A DNA stretch of 64,000 nt from the human T2T-CHM13v2.0 reference genome, Homo sapiens, in assembly GCF_009914755.1 (NCBI RefSeq), contig NC_060925.1; one strand, given 5' to 3'. How positions within the stretch are numbered: position 1 is the first letter of the stretch; every line of letters begins with the position of its first letter. This document shows positions 34,851 to 49,119 of the stretch, in pieces. A program made the translations under genes and the position numbers. The notes below the pieces were generated by a model. The model ran no database searches and was not told the origin of the DNA. It saw only the letters and a program-made list of their open reading frames with translations.

Positions 34851-35684
34851 CAGATGACCTACCTCACCCCTTTATCAACTGCTTATATTTGCAGGAAAGT
34901 GACAGTAAAGGCTAGTTACCAAGAGAAATTGAAGGAGGAGTACCATGACATTAGGTCCTTGTCTCTGGTCTTCCCCCATGTCAGGAGTACTGCCATTCCT
35001 ATGGTTTGGCTCTGAGTCAACAATTTCTCTTACTGGGCTTAGGCTAGTTTGCCTTCCTTTCTGTTTCATAGCAAAAGGAGCTGATTAACACAGGGTTCTC
35101 TCTTTTTCTCTCCCTCTGTCTCTGTCTCTCACTACATATACATGCGGACATGTATATTGAATTCATACAAATACCTTCAATTACATCAAGTTGAATTGCA
35201 AAGCCCCTAATTTACTGCAGATATGCTTAGATTGATATTTCTATGCACAAGACTTGACAAGTAAAATTTTTTCTCATGAATCCTTCTCTCTCCTAAAGTA
35301 ATATAATTTAAGGAACAGATCTCCTGAACACAGGATATACATAGGAACCCATGGAATTTTCATCTCTCTAAGTTCTTTTACTGAACAGAGACCACACCAT
35401 TAAAGAGGAACATTTTGAGTTCTCTAGGTTAGCATATTAAAAAGGTGAAATTTACATTAAAAACTTTTTAGTTTTACCTTACCAAATTAAGGATCCTTAT
35501 TTCCTTTATGTCAAAGCAGATAATCACGAAGACCTGGTAAGAACAGCTGACTTTCTGGTCAGCCATTTTATCACTCTGTTTTTCTCCTTAAGGAAGATTA
35601 GCACATCCTTTTCTACTGTTAGTGTTCTAGTCATGCTAACAGTAGCTGCAGAATCAAGTCTTTCCTAGAGAAAGCCTAACTGTT

Positions 35685-35837
35685 TCAGTGTTGTCCTGGA
35701 GTCGATTCCATGTTGAGTGACATCAGGTTGGTAGCTTGAAATTGGCTATAGTGAGAGAATTCATAACACAGAAACCAGCAACAAATGCTACAAATAGGAG
35801 ATTTGTTTTCAGGAGAACTGCTTCACTAGCATAGTAG
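35685..35837 (+). mobile_element. MER63-like hAT-Blackjack relic
   Basis: gtgacatcaggttggtagcttgaaattggc...aaatgctacaaat matches the remembered MER63 core. Confidence 0.65.
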
Positions 35838-38259
35838 TTGTTTTGTTCCAGGTAGCTGATCTGACGAAGTTTAGAATCTCATACTCTAGTGAGAAGAAAT
35901 AAACTGGGGAAAAGAAGTATTAAAAATTGATTATGTTCTTCTTGAGTCAATGAATTTATTTCAGAGAAGTATAATTTTTTAGAAAAATAATGGAGTCCTT
36001 AAACTAATAATTTTGGAAAATGTTAAGTGTGAAAAATTGTCATATAAAATTGTAAGCTGAGAAAAAATAGTACTTTTGCTTAAGGCGACTTAAATACATG
36101 ATCTTGTCTACTTTCTTCCTTTTAATCTCCTGTATTCTTGTAGTATTGAATCTTTCTAGTTTCTACTTCGAAGAACAACTAATTTAATTTTTCAAAGGAT
36201 GGTTGGAATGGTATTTCAGTGAATAAGAATATTTCATATTGTGCCTTAATAAAACTTGGAAACCTGTTATTATTATAAGGATAAAAATTACTAAGGCTTT
36301 TTCTTTCTAGAAAATCACTGAAACATTCTTATTACTTCATACAGCTTCACAGTGCTAAGCAAAGTCGACTTATGTTCTTAGTGGAATTAATCAATGTACA
36401 GCCAATTATAACTAGTAGTAGGTTCAGAGTTGACAAATATGCGTATCAAAGTCATGTATGGAAACTTGAACTGAAACCCCTTAATTTACATTCCCCAAAT
36501 GTCCAGAAGAATAAGAAAATTAAAAACAAAGTCAAAACTGAGCACTGAAAGTTTAGCACTGATGAATGTTCAGAAGTCTAAAAGATACATTTGTGTTGGG
36601 AGTTGAAGTCGTGGTAAGGGTGCTGTCAGTGGCATGCAGGGATCTGGCTTCAAGGATTTTGAATTGTTTTTATTTAGTGGCCTTTGCAATTACTGGCCTT
36701 GCCAGCTCATGAAGGAGCTTATCATCACTCCCCCTACCACTTACCATCACCACCACTTTGAGAAGAACAATTCAATTTATTTTTATGATAGAGCACACTT
36801 TTTGATCTCTGGATGAAGTCAGTTACATCTCCTGTATTTGACTTAAAATTTCAGGAGAGGAAAAAAAAACACTCAAAGAAACAAACAAACAAACAAATAA
36901 ACAAAGCCTTTTAAAAAATACTGTGAATCAGTACATTTCCTTAATGTTATAAAAGTCTTTTGAGATTCTTGTATGTGTGTGTTTAATTGTCCCAGCTATC
37001 TTCTATGAACTGAGAAAGGCCTTCTTTTGTTTGAATGTGACAGATCAGTTAGAACTGTGGCAACTACCATTTACAGCTATTGATTTCAATGTGACATTAA
37101 AGGCCCCAAATTCCACCATTATTCTCTTCAATTGTCACAAACAAAGGTTAATAATAGTTGAGTTTGGACTGAAGGAATCAAGTAAAGATTGCCAACTGAA
37201 ATTACATGTTGTTTATCTGAGGCACAAGTCAGTATGAGGGTCTCTGGTCCCTAGGTTGCATGTGTATTATCATTATTTTAAAAATATGCCTTTTGCTAAA
37301 AGTAATATTTAAAATACAGAAAATGAAAGTGTAGTATAAGAAATCATGCTATTTAAAATAAATAATTTAAAAAATATACTTGTCCTTAACACAGAGTAAA
37401 AACATTTTGTTTTGTTGCTTCTATAGCAGCAAAATAATGTTTCTCATAACTGTAAAAAGTGGTATGTAGCATGATTAAACAATATTTCAACTCTTTAGTT
37501 CATGCAGAGGTTACCAGCTAGAGGGTAGAAAGGTTTGATTAGGTTTATGTCTTCCATGAGAATTTTTTTTAAAAAGCATACAACTCCCTTAATATATGAG
37601 TGCTAAAGCTACAAATGGCTTTCTTTTGTGGTCAGGTATGAAAGAACAAAGTCCCTTTACTACAATAAATAGGTAGAAAATAGCTAGTGAGATATTATAA
37701 ATCTTCACAAAAGCAATGCCAAGTTAAAAAAGTCTGTAAGTCTTTAAAATTTTAACTCGTTTATATTTATATCATCACTTACTACCTATTTACTCCAATG
37801 GTAAATGGTAAATAGTTTCATGTGCTGTTTCCATGGTAAAGCTTCTTAAACAAGCATCTTATTTTTTAAAAAATTACACTAATAATTGCAATTATATTAA
37901 TACATAATTATTCAATATTTACATAGAACTGCAGAATTACACTTATTAGTGGAAAATAGCTATTTTAAAGTATTTTATGAAAAGGAACCCTAGATTAAGT
38001 AAATGAATTGAGGATAATTTATTATTGGTCATTATTTCTTAAAAATAAAAAAAAGAGAGAGAGAGAGAGAGAATCTCGCCAAAAGTACTTGCTAGTAACC
38101 ATTCTAAGGAATTCTAGAAGTAGGGCAGTATGATTCCAAATAAATATGGTTTATTTTTTGAATAGACAGACCAACATTCACGCTTGAGTTAATGCTATGC
38201 AGTACCATTTCATAACTCAGAAGATAACAATAAAACACACAGGTGTTGAGAATTGTTCA

Positions 38260-39060
38260 TATATAGACAATTGTACAAAGAAATGAAAGTTCTCCTTTCC
38301 CAGTACCAGAGGTTCTAAACACTAGTAGTGTTGGTGTCTATTCTTTTCATTCTTTAAACCCTATGTTTATATATGTACATCTTTATATAATACATGTATT
38401 ATTGTTATTTTAACATTCAATTTTTTTCTCTTTACATTATATATAATCTATATATGTCACCACACACACACACACACACTACATTGATATATGCGAAAAT
38501 TGCTTTACTTTTTCCCTTTCATTAAGACATAGAGATCTATCTCACTGTTTTTTATAGTGACAGAGTATCCCATTGTGTACATGCCATAAGTTACTCAACG
38601 TTCTTTAAGGATGGACATTTGTCTCCAGTTGTGTTATTAAAAATGGTGCTAACTTGAACTACATGAAACATGTTTATGCATGTACTATAATTTTTATAGG
38701 AGAGATTTTTAGAATTGGCCTGCTGGGACTAAAAGTATATGCCATGAAATTTACTTAGATGCTGCAAAATGCTTTCCCAAAGGGTGGTACTGTTTCACTT
38801 TCCACTAGTAAAATATGAAAGTGACTGCTTCCCCACACTCTCTATAGCACTAATGGTAATCACTCTTTGCCAAATTAGTTGATGAAAAATATAATATCTG
38901 TGTTGGTTTAATTCGTATTTCCATTCTGACCAGCTGGGTTGGATATCTTTTCACGTTTACCGGCCATTGGTAATTTTGCTTCTTTAAATTGTCTATCCAT
39001 TTTTAAAAATCTGAATTGTTTGTCATTTTCTTAGTAACTGGCTAAAAATATTTTTTCCTA
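38260..39060 (-). mobile_element. Ancient L1M 3' fragment, containing (CA)n at about 38461-38479
   Basis: agtatcccattgtgtacatgccata, gatggacattt and ttggtttaattcgtatttcc are antisense L1 3' motifs. Confidence 0.6.
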
Positions 39061-39539
39061 ATGTCCCATTTTCCCCTGCTTACATGAAGAGTGCATTATC
39101 ATTTTAAAAAATACATATGGACAAAAAGAAGATGAAAACTGTCCATAATATTTTTGGTGTATATTCTGACATTAGTGTTAAAGATGAGATGGAATCATGC
39201 TTCCCATTCTATTTGTCATTGCTTTTCTTCACTCAACAAAATGGGCTCTACATTTTTGTATACCCTTAAATGTTCATTCACAACTATGCTTTTTAAACTT
39301 TGTGATCAAAACAAAAGTAAGAAAACATTGAAATCCTTTCACCAAGCAAAATTTCATTTTGAAAACACAAAAATGGAGTCCAAGTGGAATGGCTCAATCA
39401 CCTTTCCCTCATAACTCATATCCTAGACTGGATAACGGTGACTGTCGGGATGCGAGAAAATGCTTTTTAATTGACAGGTAGAAAACAGCAGGAAGAAAAG
39501 TGATGGGTACCTCACTTGCAATTATGTGTGTAAGAAGGC

Positions 39540-39710
39540 TTCTAGTCTTGATTACAACTCCATGAGATGAATGCTGTTATTAACCCATTTTACAGAAGAC
39601 AAAATGAGTGCAAAGTCACTTGCTTTATATGATAACATATAGTATGCATAGCATTTGAATTCAGCAATCCAGTTCTGAAATATGTGCTCTTAATCACTAT
39701 GAAACCTGCC
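39540..39710 (-). mobile_element. MIR fragment
   Basis: ttattaacccattttacagaag...atttgaattcag...tgtgctcttaatcactatg. Confidence 0.65.
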
Positions 39711-39879
39711 TAATAGAAGTACACAAACAATATTTACACTTGGGTCATATTATTTTAATGATTTTTTTTACAAGACTTTCCCAACATGTTGCAAGAACTG
39801 TAAAAATAGGTTTAAAATTTTGTTTAATGCAGTAAATGCAAAAGAATATTTATAATACATATATTAGGTAAAGTAAGTT

Positions 39880-41520
39880 TTTATTTCTCATTCCTTTGCT
39901 TTTAAAAGTTTTACCATATACATTTATATCTCCAAAGAACATATAATTTAGTATTAAATGTTTTTATCTTCCATATACATGAAATAATATTCTTCCTTAT
40001 TCTTCAGCAACTTCCTTTGTCAATCTGACATTATATCACAGAGATTTATTTATGTTTTCCATATAGCCATATATCATTCATTTTTATTGCTACAAAGTAT
40101 TCCACTGTATAATTACAAGTCTTTTTATCTCTTCTACCATAAATGGGCATTTGGTTGTTTCTAGTTTTTAAATTATTACTATATCTTCTCTTAAGTGGTT
40201 GCTCGATCCTTTTTTTAGTTTTTATATTGAGTTGTCTTCCGCTTCTGAATTTGAAGAAATGCATATATTCTAAATATCACTCTTCTGTCTCTTGTTTGTA
40301 GAACAAGTGTTTATTCCTAATTTATATCTTGTCTTTTCGTTTTCCTCATGGTATTTTTTGATTAAGAAATTTTAACAAACTTTTATGATCTCTGTATTTT
40401 CTGCCTTGTTTAAAGAATCCTTATAGATTATAAGGTCCATAAGGCATTTTTCTATACTGTTTTTGAAACATTTACCGTACTGCCTATCACATAAAGGTCT
40501 ATCTACTTAAACTTGATTTTTATGTATAGATAATGATTGTCTTACTAGTATTTAGTTAATAGTTCAAAATTTTCTCACTGGTTTGTAATGATAGCTCAGA
40601 CAAAAATCAAGCTTCCATATCTGTCTGGGTATCTTTACGAGTTCTGTGTTCTGCGAGTTTGCTCAATTTATCCAACTGTGTGTCAAAACCCCTATCTTAA
40701 GAGATATAGCTTTATAAGAATTGTTGAAAGTGGTTATGACCAAGTTAATATATGTTAAGTGCTTAGAACAATGTCTAGCATAAATGCTATATAAAATATT
40801 TTATTTTATTATTATTATTGAATGCCTTGGTGATTTGGGGCCTTTTAAACATCCATATAAATATATAAATCAGTGGATTCTTTTGGATATTTTTTATAGA
40901 TTATCAGAAGATATGTGAATAATGTCATTTTTCCCAATCCTGATATTTTCATTTTTTATCTCTTTATTTTAAATTCATTTTTCAAGCCTTACTGTATTGG
41001 CATTTTATATCTAGTACAATGTAGAATGAATATGCTAACAGCAGGCACCCTTGTTTTATTTCTGATTTTAAAGACATGCTTACCACATTTCACTATTAAG
41101 TTTGATGTTTGCAGCAGATATTTTGCAAATATCTTTGATCACTTTAAGGAAGTTCCTTCCTATTCACAATTTTCTAAGATGTTTTTAAAATTATGAATGA
41201 ATCTTGACTTCTACCAAACATATTTTCCGTATCTAGTGAGATGATCATATAATTTTTCTGCTTTAACTTGTTAATATGATGACTTACATGACATGATGTT
41301 TTCTTTCGGTTAAGCCAACCTGGATTTACTGAGATAAGCTCCATGTTGTCATGCCATATTCATCTTTTTAATCTTTTAATATGTTGCTGGATTCTGCATG
41401 TTAACATTTTGTTTCATATCTTGCATTGATGCTTATGAGTGAGACTGACCTATAATTTCTTTTCTTACACTAATCTTTCAATATCAAGGTTGTACCGGGC
41501 TCATAAATTGAGGGAGTATT
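39880..41520 (-). mobile_element. Ancient L1M ORF2/3' fragments
   Basis: atgggcatttggttgtttctagtttt, ttaaggaagttccttcctattc, tgagatgatcatataattttt. Confidence 0.6.
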
Positions 41521-41529
41521 GTGTTTTTT

Positions 41530-41745
41530 TATTGACTGATTGTTTTTTCAATTGACAGACAAAATTGTAGGTATTTATCATGTACAACATGATGTTCTGA
41601 AGTATATATACATTGTGGAATAGCTAAATTGAGCTACTTATATGCATTATCTCACACAGTCTTCATTTTTTGTAGTGAGACCACAATAAACATTCTCAGT
41701 ATTCTCAAGAATACAATATATCATTTTTTTTGCTATAGTCTGTAA
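41530..41745 (-). mobile_element. L1MA 3'-end fragment
   Basis: attgacagacaaaattgtaggtatttatcatgtacaacatgatgttctgaagtatatatacattgtggaat. Confidence 0.75.
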
Positions 41746-42889
41746 TAGCTTAAAACCTTTCCTCCTGCATTTCTGACTTTCTAAAGCCTGTTTGGAAGGC
41801 CAGCTTTCTCTTGTGTACTGAAAACCAATCTCACTGGAATGCTGGTCAGCCATTCTACAGTTAAAATGGAAATTAGGAATCTTTTTGACTAATTAGATTT
41901 CAAATAGCTTTTGCTTGTACAGTATATTCATGGATGTTAAGAAGGCATTGTCACAATTAAGGTTTTTGAGAAAATCCTTTCCAAGAGGATGTTTTCCATC
42001 AACAAACAGAAGAAAAATTAAATGCCCGATTAACAAACATAATGTCCTCTTTAATAATTCTCAGCACTCTGGTAATTCTGTTAATATTACTGTGCTATAT
42101 CTACAGTTCTTTCCTTTTGTTTCATGTTCTGAATAATTCAATTAAAAGTCTGACAAAGCAATAACAAGGGATTGAATGCTGTCGAATCGTAATTTGAAAT
42201 AAAAACATAAGCTCTTTGGGAACACTTATTTAAAATTCTGCAAAACCTTTTCAAGTATCTGAGATTGTTGCATTCTACAAAAGAAACAGTTAACTACTTA
42301 GCTAAGTTATCCTGCTTCCTTTCTTGTAACCAATTTCCGTAAATAAGGAAAACACAGTTGTGTAAAACAATGAAGTTCTTGCAAAACAGACCACTTTGTC
42401 TGCACCTGGCTTACATGGAAGGAAGAACTATTCCTTTTTCCTGAATTTTGAGGAAAAACAGTGGCACAGCTTGAGTACTGAACAGCAGAATTGCCTGGAA
42501 GGCTCATCCACAGGGCCTACAATTTCTGTCCTTTTATCTGGAAAATATTAATATACAAGGTAATGTGAGGGAAATGAAAAAGAATGTGATAAAGACCTTG
42601 CCCTTAGAAAGTGGCCACTCTAGTAACAGAGATAAGAGCTGTCATGTGTGACACAATCTCATGCAGTTGGCGGACAGAAGGGAGCCAGAAGGTATGAAGG
42701 GGAATATTGATCCAGATGTTAAAGCCATAGGCTTCAACTTCCCCTCCCCCAATATGGACACTATTCTGCTTCAGTTCTCTGAGCTGTCATCAGAATTCAT
42801 GATAAGGAAAGACACAGTGAGGAAATCACTTATTCTGACATCAAGAAGAAAAGCAAGTAATATAACCTGGTGTCATTTTACAGAAAAGC

Positions 42890-43125
42890 TACGGAGTAGT
42901 GATTAAGTGTACAGTCCTGTAGTACAGAAACCTGTGGTCAATTTCTGGCTGTAGAATTTCAGCCAAGTTGCTCAACTTTTCTATCCTGCAGTTTCCTGAT
43001 CTAGAAAGTACGAATAATAGTACACTAGCTCAGAGAGTTGTTTGAGGATTAAATAATATAATCTACTTAAAATGTTAACCATTTCCTGGCATAAAATAAG
43101 CTCTCAAAAATGAGAACCATTTAAT
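42890..43125 (+). mobile_element. MIR element
   Basis: agtagtgattaagtgtacag...gccaagttgctcaacttttct..cagtttcctgatct...tgaggattaaata. Confidence 0.7.
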
Positions 43126-43181
43126 ATTATCAATGTGAGCCAATCCTACAAGTTCTTACTGAAGAAAGTAGCAATGATTCT

Positions 43182-43781
43182 TTTTTTTTTTTGGAGTTAT
43201 TTCTTTTTATTAATTTTATTATTATTATATTTTAAGTTTTAGGGTACATGTGCACAACGTGCAGGTTTGTTACATATGTATACATGTGCCATGTTGGTGT
43301 GCTGCACCCATTAACTCGTCATTTAGCATTTGGTATATCTCCTAATGCTATCCCTCGCCCCTGCCCCCACCCCACAACAGGCCCTGGTGTGTGATGTTCC
43401 CCTTCCTGTGTCCATGTGTTCTCATTGTTCAATTCCCACCTATGAGTGAGAAAATGCGGTGTTTGGTTTTTTGTCCTTGTGATAGTTTGCTGAGAATGAT
43501 GGCTTCCAGGTTCATCCATGTCCCTGCAAAGGACATGAACTCATCAATTTTTATGGCTGCATAGTATTCCATGGTGTATATGTGCCACATTTTCTTAATC
43601 CAGTCTATCGTTGTTGGACATTTGGGTTGGTTCCAAGTCTTTGCTATTGTGAATAGTACTGCAATAAACATACGTGTGCATGTGTCTTTATAGCAGCATG
43701 ATTTATAATCCTTTGGGTATATACCCAGTAATGGGATGGCTGTGTCAAATGGTATTTCTAGTTCTAGATCCCTGAGGAATC
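43182..43781 (-). mobile_element. 600-bp 5'-truncated L1PA4-like element
   Basis: ORF2 C-terminus (43429-43671), 3'UTR and tail; 19-bp TSD agaaagtagcaatgattct (43163-43181) / agaaagtggcaatgattct (43782-43800). Confidence 0.96.
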
Positions 43782-44174
43782 AGAAAGTGGCAATGATTCT
43801 AAAAGAATCCAAAAAAAAAAAAAAAAATGCTGCAGATTCAAACAAGAGAAATGCTATGTAAGCAAAAAGAGAAGAAATATGTAATTAAAGAAACAGAAAG
43901 ACAAAGTTAATTTTTAAGCAAAATTCAGTGAGAGAAACCAGTCTCAGAGCTGAAGACCACTCCTCTTGTAGGCTGGGAAACAGATAGAGGTAGGAGTGAC
44001 AAAGAAGGAGACCAAAGAAAAAGAAAGGAAGCCATGGGAAAATTGAAATCTGCTTTTTAACTAAAAAGAATTAAACTTTATTGTAATACTGGCTGGGATA
44101 TAGCTGGTAAGGAGGAACATATTAAATACTCAAACCATAGGCTTTTGTCCAAAATGTCTTATTTAAACAGTTTT

Positions 44175-44213
44175 CTAATCTGAAGTTTAGTACTAATCTG
44201 AAGCTTAGTACTA
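44175..44213. repeat. 18-bp tandem duplication
   Basis: ctaatctgaagtttagta / ctaatctgaagcttagta. Confidence 0.85.
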
Positions 44214-47200
44214 TATACAACTGATACTTAAAAATAATTTAGTCATTCAAATTTACTTACATTCTTTCTATGCTTACAATTTATAATGGAATGTGGGTTG
44301 CTCATAACATTTTTATATTTACTCCTCCATATATAAGACTGAACTTTTGTAGGCAGCCATCCCATTTGACAAATCCAAGGTGACCTAAAAGTTTAGGTTA
44401 CAGGGGTCAGTGAAATAAATTAACTGATATATTAGTAGCTTATTATTGGAGCAGTTGTGTTTAAATATGACAGGTTTTGTATTAAAACTGGCACTAGTTA
44501 AGCACAGCCAGAACAGAGTTTCAATTATTAATAATGCTGTGAGTCACAAAATCAGAAAAAATTTAAAAACATCTGACATAGTTGTTCAGGGTTGTTTTAC
44601 ATACTGACTTTAAAATGTAATCATTTACCCAAGTGTTTATGTTATAACTGGAATCTGGTCAATAGAAATGCAATATGAGATTCAACAGCAACCGATACTG
44701 TGTGCTTTTAAAAATGAGTGTGTCATGTCAAAGACTTGTAAAATGGGAGCAGTGCCTTACCAAGGCTGAGTCTTTTAGTAATGAAATGAATGAAACTCTA
44801 TATGGTGAACTTATAGAAAAGCCACTATGTTTGATGCAATTGGCTACAGGAAGTCGTGGCCTTCAGGAAAGAATCTGTGGGAGGTTTTCTGAACTTTGTA
44901 TCTCCTATTCAGCCACTATAAATAATTTCCCTGTGACATCCTCTAAGGAAGCAAGTGTCCCCGTTATCACATTTGCTTATTTATTTTCAGTTTATTATCT
45001 CTCTTTCAAAACTTCATAGCTCTTTATATCTGTTCCTCCCTCTTCTCCAAACCGAGAAGAGAGTAATTAAAAATTGGAAGTTTGAAATATGTAAGATCTA
45101 ACATGAACATTCCACTGCATCTGGAAGCTGACAGGGCAACTGACTTATTCTTGCAGGTGCTTAAAATGAACTATATGACAAGTTGGAGAGTTTACTCTGA
45201 AAGCCCAATTAGTAAAAATAAAATGAGAGAAGATGTTCCCACGGCGTTTGCAAAATGATATTAAAAGAACCAATGTTTCTTTTAAAAATAAGCCTGATAC
45301 AGGAAAAAGGTAAAGGGCAGAATCAAAGTGGCAAGAAAAGAAAAAAATAAATCATGGAATGAAAGAAACACTGAACTGGAAATTTAGAGATATGAGGTCA
45401 AGGGGAAAGGTTAAAATTATAAAGGACATGAATACAGAGATAGAAGAAATCATGTCCGTGGTAGAAGACAGTACACTAACTTTTTTGAGCTACTATCCCC
45501 AATCTTATTTAAAATAATAACTACAACAAAAATAAAAACAGCATTAATCTTAGAATACAATAAGGCAAAAAATGGAGAATTAGCAAACACGATAGGGAGA
45601 GAAACAAAATCAAACGTGTTTCAGGAGAAACAGGATTAGAAAAGAGAATGTTTATAAAAGAGGAAATCAGTCAGGCAAATAAAAGCAAATGGAGAAAAAC
45701 ATTTAAAAGGAACAAGGAACTCAATACCGTAAAAGAAGAATTGAATTGCAGATTTTGATGTAACTCACTTATATTTCATAACTATACATCTCAATTCAAT
45801 TTAATTCAGCTACTGCAAGTATTACAAAAATTTGTAGCCATACCAGAGGTGGAGATTACTATTTTTATTTCATTTTGAGTGTGACACAAAAATGGGGTTA
45901 AAGAATCTGGCACATTCTTTGGTATTCACTGCCAAGGAGGTTTGAACTTTCTAAAATGATGCAGTGAGATTTTCAAGCAGAAAAAAGTCCTTCTCAAATA
46001 ACTCTAAATAAAAAGAAGGAGCTCTAGATCCAAAGGGATCAAGGAAGTGAAAGTGGAGGAGGTCAGACAACAAGTGCCAATGTGGCGTGTCCACACAAAG
46101 AGGAAAGAAAAATTGGGAATGATGGACATAACCAACTAAGGAATATAAAAGATTGAACAAAACCTAAACTGATGGTTCCCAGTGTCTCTAACATCTGCAT
46201 GAGGCCTGCTACCTAATAGTTGCTCAATTAATAACTAATGAATTAAATGAATCAGTGAATTAACTGAATTCCACTTAGTGGAACTATCTTTTCAGGCTGT
46301 ACTCATCAGTGGGAAACAATGAAAGAATGAGCAGACAGCTGGATTTACAAGAAATAGTGTCAAAAATTTGTCACTTTGGAAAAGACTTGCTCTTGGAGAA
46401 AAGAGGAAAATATTGAACAACCTGAAATAGTAAAAAAAAAAAAAAAATCTTACAGATTCTATGTGAACTGATCTACAGGGAAGAAATAGGTCTACACTGT
46501 TTTCAAAAAAAACTACTCTGGTTGTTTGATTTTTTTTTCCCCTTCCCTACTTTGTGGGATGATGTTTGATTGTTTTTTATTGCCATCAGCATTGGCACTC
46601 CTCCGGACACGTGTTTGGGGTTCTTGGAACCAAAATGAATAGTACATACAGTAAAGTGCACCTTTCGTGAAGGGAAAATGACAACTACATAACACCATGT
46701 AAAAGAATGCAGGCAAAAAGAGAATTTGTTTTTCTGTATTATATGAGACAATAAGGCGGAAAGAGAAAGAAAAGTAAGGCAAACGACGCATGACAGAAAG
46801 GAGAACAAGGCTCAGAACACACAAGATCAAGCAAGGGGGGTGGGGGAGCCCATGAAGGCAGAAACAAGGTAACAAAAAGGACAAAACCAGCAGTAGAAAA
46901 GAACTGTCAGACACAAAACCCTCAAAACAATAGATAGGAAAAAAAGGAACAAGATGACAGGAAAAGAGCAGCATGGAATCTAGTAAGAAAAAGAAACAAA
47001 AATTTCAAATAATGGATTTTCTAACACCCCCGCTGTTCCTCCAGTGCATTGTGTCACAGTCTCACAGAGCAGTGCATAATTTATTATGGTCACTCGCTGC
47101 CAGGCTGCTATAAAGGGCAGTAGCTATATGAAAATACTCCTCACTGCCTGGATGGCTTAATGATCTACCATTTGTAGAGGGGCAGGGCTGCGGAATGGCA

Positions 47201-47769
47201 GGCAAGGGCAGGAGGAGCACTTGTGGTGCTGGATGGCGCTCTGCATATTTAGTGCTTCCCACCGTTTGAAGAAGGGGTGTATTAACTCTCAAGACACCTC
47301 GGTGGGGTTTTTTCCCCCTTTTAAAGCCTTTCCTAAATAATAAACTTCTGTCCAGAGCAGTTTCTTAATCTGAAACTACATATACCCTCCTTTAAGGCAG
47401 GGGTCATGTCAAAGTAAACAACCACCAAAAGATGGATTTTAAACATAAAATCTGACTTGGACAATTAACATTAATAACTGGAAAACTGCATTCTGTTTTT
47501 TTTTTTTTTTTCTATGCTACAGTTTCTCTTTAGAAATGAATTTTGGGTGCAGAAAAACTTAAAAGTCTCAAAAAAAATAGAGACCATACAAATCATTTTC
47601 AGCAATCATTTTCCAGAAACTGGACTTTTCGGTAGTATTTATATAGAGGAACTTTCATAACTTCCACAAATAGCACTGTCTTCAAACTGAAATGCATCAT
47701 CAAGATATCTATCAATGATTTCTGTGATTGATAAAGCCAGGGATTACTTCTTTAAAATTCTTCTTTGAG

Positions 47770-47995
47770 AGGCAGTCATGTCTGAGGGACAGGAGCACAG
47801 GCTCTTGAGCCAGATGGCCGAGATTTGGGTCCAGATGAGGCCACTGACTTGCCGTGTGACCCTGCCATGTTACTTACCCTTTCTGAGTTCCTTCATCTGT
47901 AAAATGGGAACAATAATAGTAAATATATCATAGAATTGCTGTGAGAATTAAATGAATTAGCCCTTGGGTGAGAGCCTGCTAAACAAAAAGCACGG
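47770..47995 (+). mobile_element. MIR element
   Basis: ggagcacaggctct...gtgtgaccctg..ttacttacccttt...ttccttcatctgtaaaatgggaacaataatagta. Confidence 0.8.
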
Positions 47996-49119
47996 CAGGT
48001 GTCAGGTGTTGTACCTGCTCTCAACAAAGCATGATGGGACATTAGGGCATTTGTAATCCAGAACCGTTCGCCATTTGGTCATAGGCATAGAGACAGCTGA
48101 AAAGTGCATCCCTTAATTCCACAAAAGACCAGGCTAGACAGTGCACTTTCTCTTTCTGTCCTCTCATCCTTGGATACAACCCTTGCTTATATAGGACAAC
48201 AGATGTGTAAAAGGAAGTCACAGTCAGCTGTTTTGACATCTTTCATCCTCCAAACTCCTATAGTAAAACGCAAAATGCAAAAAATGCTCATTCTTAAACA
48301 AAATGATTTTTGAGTTCCAAAGATAAAATATTTTGAAAAAGATGGTCCAGATCACAGAAAATTGTTAATAATATGCATATATAAGTAGTATGTAATTCTG
48401 GACAAGGACAAACATATTTAGGTTGGAGAAATCAGACATGTGAAGCTTAAAATAGTAGAAGGTGGAAAGATAGCAAAAAATCAGAACAAGTTATGGAGAG
48501 TGGTCACAGAAGGAAGAAAATTAATTTGAAATGTAAGTTCTCAATTTAAAAAAATCAGAACTACTTTCCTGGGTCATACTCAAGAACAATCCTTCTCAGG
48601 ATCTTCTCACTGCCAATGACACGAAAAGACATTTTGTGTCAAAGGTGAATTCATTCAATTATCCACTCATTCATTCGTTCATTCATTAATCTATCCCCAA
48701 ATTATTTACTGAATACCTGCCATGTATCACATTAATCACATTAATCCCTGGAGAATCAATGGGGAACAAGTCACTCTACCATCAGTTTCTTTATTTTTCA
48801 TGTGGAGAATATTCTATCTTCCCCCTCAAAGTTGATTGAGGAATGAATGTGATCCCATGTGTAGAAATAGGCACTTTGCCTAGAATACAAAGGGAACTGA
48901 CTGAATAAAATCAGTTTCTAATCACCATAAAAATCATTTATGAATTTATTATTTTGGGATATATTTACATCATGATAACTATACTTTTATTGCAATCACC
49001 TTAAGACACACTTATTTACTACCTAAAGGGAAACTATATTTCACTTTATGTATTCTAAATCTATCATCTCTATAGGAATAATAGGTATATGTTTAATATT
49101 CAAAATCTTTCATTTTTGA

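Noticed and set aside
43795-43809. Short hairpin gattct-aaa-agaatc at an L1 target site, echoing the palindrome at 11825
   Set aside because: 6-bp arms around T/A-rich EN sites are expected by chance; two cases are not evidence of a pattern.
46503-46974. Hydrophobic 153-aa and 101-aa minus-strand ORFs
   Set aside because: Explained by T/C-rich composition of that strand; no recognisable domain or splice structure.
47222-47242. CTCF-like ggatggcgct
   Set aside because: Only the 3' half of the motif matches; the CCAC/CCAG-AG core is missing.
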